From Bacteroidota bacterium (lineage in GTDB: Bacteria; Bacteroidota; Bacteroidia; Chitinophagales; Saprospiraceae): a DNA stretch of 13,435 bases. The notes beneath the pieces are model-generated. The model saw only the letters and a program-made list of their open reading frames with translations. It made no database searches and was not told the DNA's origin. Every line of letters begins with the position of its first letter. Positions within the stretch are counted from its first letter, which is position 1. The stretch lies in NCBI GenBank assembly GCA_039795795.1, contig JBDKKX010000088.1, positions 1 to 13,435 of the forward strand. The letters run 5' to 3'. Positions 8,690-13,435 of this stretch are shown here, one piece after another. Made by a program: the position numbers and the translations under genes.

Positions 8690-9295
8690 TTATTTATCCG
8701 TTATCATTTTTAATCGTTCTAAACCTTTTGGCGCAAGAACGCCGTGCAAATGATAGATGATAAATTGTTTATACAAAACCGTTTTGGAATAACGGCTTAA
8801 TGGAAATAAATGATCATCTAAAATACAAAGGCTTTTTGCAACATATAATTTTGCAATAATATCTGCATCTATATCCGCACGATACAAATCTTCTTGCATC
8901 CCGCGTTCAATATTTTTTTTGATAATGCCATAAATATGTTCATTGGAAGTTTTTTCCAAAATCAACCACGTTTCTCGATGATATTTTTGCAAATCATAGA
9001 TAAAAGTCGAGGTCAATTGCGCCAATTCCAGCGCGACATGTTGAGCAATACTCAAAATTTCATCTACAGCGTCGGTTGCCGAATTCAAAATGGTAGCCAT
9101 AATAATTTGTTCAGCCTCAAAATGTTCGACAACCATTTGCTCAATAATTTTGTTTTTGGTATCGAAATGTTGATAGAGCGTTTTTTTGGAGATGCCGAGT
9201 TCGCGGGCAATATCATCCATCGTAACGCTTTTGATGCCGTATCGTAAAAACAAAGGTTGACACCGTTTTAAAATATTTTTTTTGATATTTTCCAT
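8690..9295 (-). CDS. TetR/AcrR-family transcriptional regulator.
   Basis: 201 aa. N-terminal HTH ...YGIKSVTMDDIARELGISKKTLYQHF... First gene of the efflux cluster. Confidence 0.9.
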   Translation of the reverse strand: MENIKKNILKRCQPLFLRYGIKSVTMDDIARELGISKKTLYQHFDTKNKIIEQMVVEHFEAEQIIMATILNSATDAVDEILSIAQHVALELAQLTSTFIYDLQKYHRETWLILEKTSNEHIYGIIKKNIERGMQEDLYRADIDADIIAKLYVAKSLCILDDHLFPLSRYSKTVLYKQFIIYHLHGVLAPKGLERLKMITDK

Positions 9296-9330
9296 AATTT
9301 GGGCGTAAAATACACTCCCGTAACAATAGA

Positions 9331-9362
9331 AACTTTGAATAGTTTAAAAGTTTCCAAAGTTT
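9331..9362. promoter_or_regulatory. Candidate TetR operator in the divergent tetR / membrane-protein intergenic region.
   Basis: Perfect 8-bp inverted repeat AAACTTTG (9331-9338) and CAAAGTTT (9355-9362) separated by 16 bp, with an inner AAAAGTTT copy at 9346-9353. Located 30-60 bp upstream of the tetR start. Confidence 0.3.
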
Positions 9363-9387
9363 TTTAAGTTTTTTTTAACTTTTTTTT

Positions 9388-10263
9388 ATGAAACTAAAAC
9401 CAGCTCAACTTGTCGGTTTGCCTTTTGCGATTGCCGCGTTTGTCGGTTTTTATTTGGCTTACACCAAAAGTAGTGATTATGCCTTGTATGCTGCGTTGCC
9501 GCTGATTCTGCTGTCAGTTACATTTGTGATGAGTCCGCAGATTAATTGGTGGTGGTACAAGCGAAATCCGCCTGATACATCGGCAGGTATCACGCGTTTT
9601 TTGGAAAATGTGCCGTATTATCGCCTGTTGAACCCGGATTTGAAACCCAAATTTCGGCAACGAGTGGCTTTATATATGGAAGGAAATCAATTTATGCGCC
9701 CTGCACCGCCCCAAGAGGATAATCGGACGCGTTCCGATGTGCCCGAAGATTTAAAAGCGGCGGCAGCGGCATCTGCGGTTCAATTGACGTTTGGATTAAA
9801 AGATTTTATGTTGGATAAATTTGAAAATATTATCATCTATCCACAGGCATTTCCATCGCCACAATATCCAGATAGATTGCATTTATCAGAAGTTTATGAA
9901 GAAGATGGAGTCATTATTTTTTCAGCAGACGCGCTGATTCAAGGACTTACAAATCAAAATCTTTTTAATGTGGGTTTGTACGAATATGCCAAAGCGTATC
10001 AAATCCAATATTTGAAAGCGAAACCGATTCAATGGGAAGGGCAGATTTGGGAAAAATTAGCGGCAGTCGGCGGCATGAATGAAGCCGATTTTCAGCGATT
10101 TTTAAATTTGCCAGAGATTGATATTTTTGGGGTTGCAGTGCATCATTTTTTCAAATTACCTGTGGCATTTCAGAAGGTTTTACCTGAATTATTCCAATTA
10201 TTTGAAAAAATGTTTAAACAAAATCCTTTGAATGTAACCATGCCGATAGATTCAAACACATAG
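9388..10263 (+). CDS. Hypothetical membrane protein with two N-terminal TM helices and a cytoplasmic domain. Possibly distantly related to MtfA/peptidase M90, with a degenerate metal-binding motif.
   Basis: 291 aa with good coding periodicity. Hydrophobic helices at residues ~8-25 and ~32-50. The motif IIIYPQAFPSP resembles the MtfA LIYPAPF motif, but HExxH is replaced by YEYAK. The stop codon TAG at 10261-10263 lies inside the downstream palindromic repeat. Confidence 0.75.
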   Translation: MKLKPAQLVGLPFAIAAFVGFYLAYTKSSDYALYAALPLILLSVTFVMSPQINWWWYKRNPPDTSAGITRFLENVPYYRLLNPDLKPKFRQRVALYMEGNQFMRPAPPQEDNRTRSDVPEDLKAAAAASAVQLTFGLKDFMLDKFENIIIYPQAFPSPQYPDRLHLSEVYEEDGVIIFSADALIQGLTNQNLFNVGLYEYAKAYQIQYLKAKPIQWEGQIWEKLAAVGGMNEADFQRFLNLPEIDIFGVAVHHFFKLPVAFQKVLPELFQLFEKMFKQNPLNVTMPIDSNT

Positions 10264-10383
10264 GAGCATAGGAAACATAGATTTTGAACACATAGGAGCA
10301 TAGGAAACATAGGTTTGTACAAATCTATGTTTCCTATGCTCCTATGTGTTCAAAACCTATGTTGCCTATGTCCCTATGTGTTT
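10255..10383. repeat. Nested palindromic repeat (CATAGG element): four copies of a ~26-bp unit arranged as two direct followed by two inverted.
   Basis: Perfect 29-bp stem, 10284-10312 (ttgaacacataggagcataggaaacatag) paired with 10325-10353. The 12-nt loop gtttgtacaaat is itself palindromic. Outer imperfect copies at 10255-10281 and 10354-10381. Confidence 0.85.
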
Positions 10384-10423
10384 AAAAAAAAGCGCAACCA
10401 GTTGATTACCAACTGATTGCGCT
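10383..10423 (-). terminator. Intrinsic terminator for tRNA-Glu (minus strand).
   Basis: Hairpin agcgcaa-c-cagttg [attac] caactg-a-ttgcgct at 10391-10423, followed on the minus strand by U8 (plus-strand A-run 10383-10390). Confidence 0.6.
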
Positions 10424-10433
10424 GCATTTGTAG

Positions 10434-10505
10434 TAGCCCGTACGGGAGTCGAACCCGTCTTTTAAGAATGAAAATCTCATGTCCTAACCGATAGACGAAC
10501 GGGCC
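10434..10505 (-). tRNA. tRNA-Glu (anticodon UUC), 72 nt, CCA not encoded.
   Basis: Manual cloverleaf fold. Acceptor stem GGCCCGT/ACGGGCT with a G1-U wobble. D-arm GTCT-ATCGGTTA-GGAC. Anticodon stem TGAGA/TCTTA with loop TTTTCAT (U33, anticodon TTC, A37). T-arm ACGGG-TTCGACT-CCCGT. Discriminator A. Confidence 0.9.
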
Positions 10506-10606
10506 AGAGATTCTTTTTTCTTACACTTGTGTCGCTTGACAACTGCTTTGTTTCAAATGCGATGCAAAATTACAACTGTTTTTGGAATCTGCAAATTTTT
10601 TTTCAC

Positions 10607-10679
10607 TTTTTTTTGAAAAAAAATGATTTTTTTTGAAATTATTTTTCTCAAAAAAAAGATTTCAAAAAAAATCATTTTT
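10607..10679. promoter_or_regulatory. A/T-tract palindrome upstream of the tRNA-Glu promoter region, possibly a curved-DNA/UP-like element.
   Basis: 20-bp perfect inverted repeat aaaaatgattttttttgaaa (10618-10637) and tttcaaaaaaaatcattttt (10660-10679). Direct repeats of ttttttttgaaa. A8/T8 tracts lie ~100-175 bp upstream of the tRNA 5' end. Confidence 0.35.
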
Positions 10680-10702
10680 AATATATTGAATATCAATTAT
10701 TT

Positions 10703-10870
10703 ATGAAAATCATGAGTTTAACGACCAAATGGTATAATTTAAAATGGTCGCAAAACAAACCCAAGAAATATACGGCACGAGCAACCATGAAGCGAGCCGC
10801 GAAATGGGCGCAAATTGAAAAATGGTTTTTAAAATTGAAAGGTTTGATTCGACGCGAAACCTTTTTCTAA
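10703..10870 (+). CDS. Small ORF of 55 aa, basic and Trp-rich (four KW motifs). Not in the supplied ORF track. Speculative.
   Basis: ATG at 10703 to TAA at 10868-10870. Translation: MKIMSLTTKWYNLKWSQNKPKKYTARATMKRAAKWAQIEKWFLKLKGLIRRETFF. Immediately followed by a terminator-like hairpin. Confidence 0.25.
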   Translation: MKIMSLTTKWYNLKWSQNKPKKYTARATMKRAAKWAQIEKWFLKLKGLIRRETFF

Positions 10871-10880
10871 ATCTTTTTTA
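10837..10880 (+). terminator. Terminator-like hairpin with a U-rich tail at the end of the small ORF.
   Basis: Stem gaaaggttt (10837-10845) and aaacctttt (10857-10865) around an 11-nt loop, followed by ttctaaatctttttta. Confidence 0.4.
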
Positions 10881-10911
10881 ACCAATTGATAAAAACAAAT
10901 ATAGAAATCTA

Positions 10912-10919
10912 TATATTTG
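10912..10919 (+). promoter_or_regulatory. Candidate -7 promoter element TATATTTG for the carboxyltransferase gene.
   Basis: Matches TAnnTTTG about 90 bp upstream of the ATG at 11010. A TTG lies 24 bp upstream (10886-10888), so the spacing is slightly long. Confidence 0.25.
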
Positions 10920-11009
10920 CATATTCGTTTCGACATTCGACACGCGTGACGTAACGAACGGACGCAATATATTGATTATCAACGTTTTTAAAATCAAGTA
11001 CCCGACTCA

Positions 11010-12551
11010 ATGGATAAAAAATGGGACATCCTCCAACAAAAGCGTGACGAAGCCAAACTCGGCGGTGGTCAAAAACGCATTGATGCGCAACATAAAAAAG
11101 GTAAATTGACGGCTCGGGAACGGGTTCATTTCCTACTTGACCCGGATAGTTTTGAGGAAATTGGTCAATTGGTGACGCATCGCAGTTCTGATTTCGGTTT
11201 AGAAAACGAGATTTATTATGGGGACGGCGTTATTACAGGTTATGGAACGGTGAATGGTCGCTTAATTTATGTTTTTGCACAAGATTTTACTGTATTTGGC
11301 GGTTCGCTTTCGGAAACGCATGCAGAAAAAATTTGCAAAATTATGGATTTAGCGATTAAAAATGGCGCGCCTTGCGTTGGTTTGAACGATTCGGGGGGAG
11401 CGCGGATTCAAGAAGGGGTTAATTCATTGGGCGGTTATGCGGATATTTTCTATCGAAATGTTTTAAGTTCGGGCGTGATTCCACAGATTTCTGCGATTAT
11501 GGGACCCTGTGCGGGCGGCGCAGTGTATTCGCCTGCGATTACCGACTTTATTTTGATGGTGGAACATACGTCTTATATGTTTGTCACGGGACCGAATGTG
11601 GTTAAAACGGTGACGAACGAAGAAGTGACTTCGGAAGAACTCGGCGGCGCACATACACACGCGAGCAAATCGGGCGTGACGCACCTTACGGCAATCAATG
11701 ACATTGATTGTATTGAAAAAGTAAAAAAATTATTGAGTTACATTCCTCAAAACTGTGAAGATACGACTCCAAGAGTCCCTTACACGATGAGTGATGAATA
11801 TCGTCCCGATTTGTCTAAAATCGTCCCTGAAAATGCAAATCAACCGTATGATATGCGAGAAGTGATTGCAGGAATCGTTGATAATGAATCGTTTATGGAA
11901 ATTCATGAGCAATATGCTGAAAATATTGTCGTTGGATTTGCGCGATTGGCGGGACGTTCGATTGGAATTGTAGCGAACCAACCGATTAGTTTAGCGGGGG
12001 TTTTGGATGTAGAAAGTTCCAAAAAAGGCGCGCGATTTGTGCGTTTTTGCGATTGTTTTAATATTCCTTTATTGGTTTTGGTGGATGTTCCCGGGTTTTT
12101 GCCCGGTACAGACCAAGAATGGCATGGCATTATTACAAATGGTGCAAAATTATTATATGCTTTTAGCGAAGCGACCGTTCCGCGTGTGACGCTGATTACG
12201 CGCAAAGCGTATGGCGGCGCGTATGATGTGATGAATTCAAAACATATTGGGGCAGATATGAACTTTGCTTGGCCCACTGCGGAAATTGCGGTGATGGGTG
12301 CAAAAGGTGCGTCGGAGATTATTTTCAAACAAGAAATATCCAAATCGGCTGACCCTGCGGCAAAATTGGCTGAAAAAGAAGCGGAATATGCTCAAAAATT
12401 TGCCAATCCGTATCGGGCAGCGAGTCGCGGTTTCATTGATGAAGTGATTCACCCTTCGGAATCGCGTCGAAAATTAATAAAAACTTATGCTATGTTGGAA
12501 AATAAAGTAGCTAAATTGCCGAAAAAGAAACATGGCAATATTCCATTGTAA
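11010..12551 (+). CDS. Acyl-CoA carboxylase carboxyltransferase subunit (propionyl-CoA carboxylase beta chain / methylmalonyl-CoA decarboxylase alpha family).
   Basis: 513 aa. Two carboxyltransferase half-domains. Signature stretches [34 protein letters not shown] and [16 protein letters not shown]. Confidence 0.93.
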   Translation: MDKKWDILQQKRDEAKLGGGQKRIDAQHKKGKLTARERVHFLLDPDSFEEIGQLVTHRSSDFGLENEIYYGDGVITGYGTVNGRLIYVFAQDFTVFGGSLSETHAEKICKIMDLAIKNGAPCVGLNDSGGARIQEGVNSLGGYADIFYRNVLSSGVIPQISAIMGPCAGGAVYSPAITDFILMVEHTSYMFVTGPNVVKTVTNEEVTSEELGGAHTHASKSGVTHLTAINDIDCIEKVKKLLSYIPQNCEDTTPRVPYTMSDEYRPDLSKIVPENANQPYDMREVIAGIVDNESFMEIHEQYAENIVVGFARLAGRSIGIVANQPISLAGVLDVESSKKGARFVRFCDCFNIPLLVLVDVPGFLPGTDQEWHGIITNGAKLLYAFSEATVPRVTLITRKAYGGAYDVMNSKHIGADMNFAWPTAEIAVMGAKGASEIIFKQEISKSADPAAKLAEKEAEYAQKFANPYRAASRGFIDEVIHPSESRRKLIKTYAMLENKVAKLPKKKHGNIPL

Positions 12552-12571
12552 AGAAAATGGAATAAAACACA

Positions 12572-12674
12572 TTTTTGGAACACATAGGAACATCGAAGAC
12601 ATAGATTTTCTAAATCATTGATAATCAGTTATTTAGAAAATCTATGTCTTCGATGTTCCTATGTGTTCCAAAAA
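12572..12674. repeat. Perfect 44-bp inverted repeat with a 15-nt loop, CATAGG-family palindromic element.
   Basis: Left arm 12572-12615 tttttggaacacataggaacatcgaagacatagattttctaaat is exactly the reverse complement of 12631-12674. Shares the gaacacatagga and acatagatttt cores with the element at 10255-10383. Lies between two convergent stop codons. Confidence 0.85.
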
Positions 12675-12684
12675 TGAAACATCC

Positions 12685-13435
12685 CTACTCAACGTCATGT
12701 TCCAACACATCGCTCAAAATGGTGCCTTTCAATAGGCTTGAAAATACATCCGCAACGCTTTTGCCGCCCAAAATAGAAAGTGGAGACATTGAAACCGCTA
12801 CTTTTTCCGCCAAAGCCCGATTGCTAAACGATTGAAGTGCTGCAATCAAATTCGGCGAAACGGCGGCAGCTTTACTAACTGTCGCATCCACTTCGGCTTT
12901 CAACTCCAATAACCGTTGTTGCAAGTGCAATTCTGCCAACGCGATTTCGACTTCTCCTTTCGATTTCACGATAGATAATTCGGTTGCATTGATTTTTTCC
13001 AAATGAGATTGGGCATTTAATTCGGCTTCCAAACTTTCTGAACGCGATTTGGCATCTGCCTCAATCCGTGCTAACGAATTTTGCAAAGTCAACTCTATTT
13101 CTTTTTTCGCCAGCGACAATGCTAAACTTTGCGTATCCGCCTTGCTTTGCATGACGCTTCGATTGATAGATTCCGTTTCAGTGGTCAATAACAAGCGTCG
13201 TTTTTCCGCACGGATGCCTAAATTTTGCGTAATCACATCTTGTTGCGCTTGAATCAACATTTTTTCAATATGAGCATCTCCTAATTTGATGTCAAAAATC
13301 TCTACGTCATAAATCCGCATATTATTCTCGGAAAACAACTTTCCAGGACGTTTATTTTGCTCATTTGGCAAACCCAAAACCGTATCTCGAATAATATTAA
13401 TCCCATTCGCGTAAAAATCCATAATATTATACCGC
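12685..13435 (-). CDS. Flotillin/SPFH-domain-like protein, C-terminal part (the gene continues beyond the window end).
   Basis: The ORF is open to the window edge. Long A/E/L/K-rich coiled-coil segment (…ELKAEVDATVSKAAA…, …EADAKSRSESLEAELNAQ…) after a band-7-like segment (IYDVEIFDIKLGD). Stop TAG at 12685-12687. Confidence 0.65.
   Translation of the reverse strand, partial: RYNIMDFYANGINIIRDTVLGLPNEQNKRPGKLFSENNMRIYDVEIFDIKLGDAHIEKMLIQAQQDVITQNLGIRAEKRRLLLTTETESINRSVMQSKADTQSLALSLAKKEIELTLQNSLARIEADAKSRSESLEAELNAQSHLEKINATELSIVKSKGEVEIALAELHLQQRLLELKAEVDATVSKAAAVSPNLIAALQSFSNRALAEKVAVSMSPLSILGGKSVADVFSSLLKGTILSDVLEHDVE

Noticed and set aside
6255-9247. Plus-strand ORFs (6255..6521, 6723..7115, 7239..7592, 8101..8595, 8894..9247) and minus-strand 6902..7096, inside the adaptor, tolC and tetR genes.
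   Set aside because: Antisense to or out of frame with strongly supported efflux-cluster genes. Arg/His-rich junk translations.
10255-10383. CATAGG direct repeats considered as a CRISPR array.
   Set aside because: Only two direct plus two inverted copies. No unique ~30-bp spacers and irregular spacing. The architecture is palindromic, not repeat-spacer.
10384-10510. Possibility that the efflux cluster is a genomic island integrated at tRNA-Glu.
   Set aside because: No second direct-repeat copy of the tRNA 3' end was seen at any other boundary in the window. No integrase or transposase gene is present.
11463-12452. Minus-strand ORFs inside the carboxyltransferase gene (11463..11684, 11730..11981, 11903..12343, 12237..12452).
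   Set aside because: Antisense shadow ORFs of a conserved 513-aa enzyme gene.
12644-13252. Plus-strand ORFs 12644..12835 and 13049..13252.
   Set aside because: The first starts inside the palindromic repeat and runs antisense into the flotillin-like gene. The second is antisense within it. No support.

Overview
This AT-rich window looks like a chromosomal segment from a Bacteroidetes/Flavobacteriia-type genome; the taxon is inferred from gene content, lipobox and signal-peptide style, and TAnnTTTG-like promoter motifs. It carries ordinary housekeeping and efflux genes rather than an obvious new multi-gene system.

Gene content, in order:
- A hypothetical protein with a possible ATP-grasp signature (26..1060, +; the start may lie upstream of the window).
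- Type I glyceraldehyde-3-phosphate dehydrogenase (gap, +), followed by a bidirectional intrinsic terminator.
- A four-gene RND efflux operon on the minus strand: TetR regulator, then TolC-like outer-membrane factor, then lipoprotein periplasmic adaptor, then an RND permease of 1134 aa.
- A divergently transcribed two-helix membrane protein (+).
- tRNA-Glu(UUC) (−) with its own terminator.
- An acyl-CoA carboxyltransferase of the PccB/MmdA family (+).
- A convergent partial gene for a flotillin/SPFH-like coiled-coil protein (−).

The most interesting signal is non-coding. A 296-bp composite repeat element lies in the 349-bp gap between the adaptor and RND genes. It has ~44-bp imperfect inverted-repeat arms, each carrying five GGATT/AATCC motifs at ~10-11 bp phasing. 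The arms flank ~3.6 tandem copies of a 51-bp unit that contains a GGTTATAACC palindrome.

A second class of element is a pair of long, near-perfect palindromes built from CACATAGGA(R)CAT motifs. One has a 29-bp perfect stem nested in a four-copy arrangement; the other is a perfect 44-bp inverted repeat. They sit immediately after the stop codons of two plus-strand genes.

Two further points, both tentative. A 55-codon basic KW-repeat ORF with a terminator hairpin is present upstream of the carboxyltransferase gene but absent from the ORF track. The RND permease carries a possible hydrophobic insertion in its TM6-TM7 loop.
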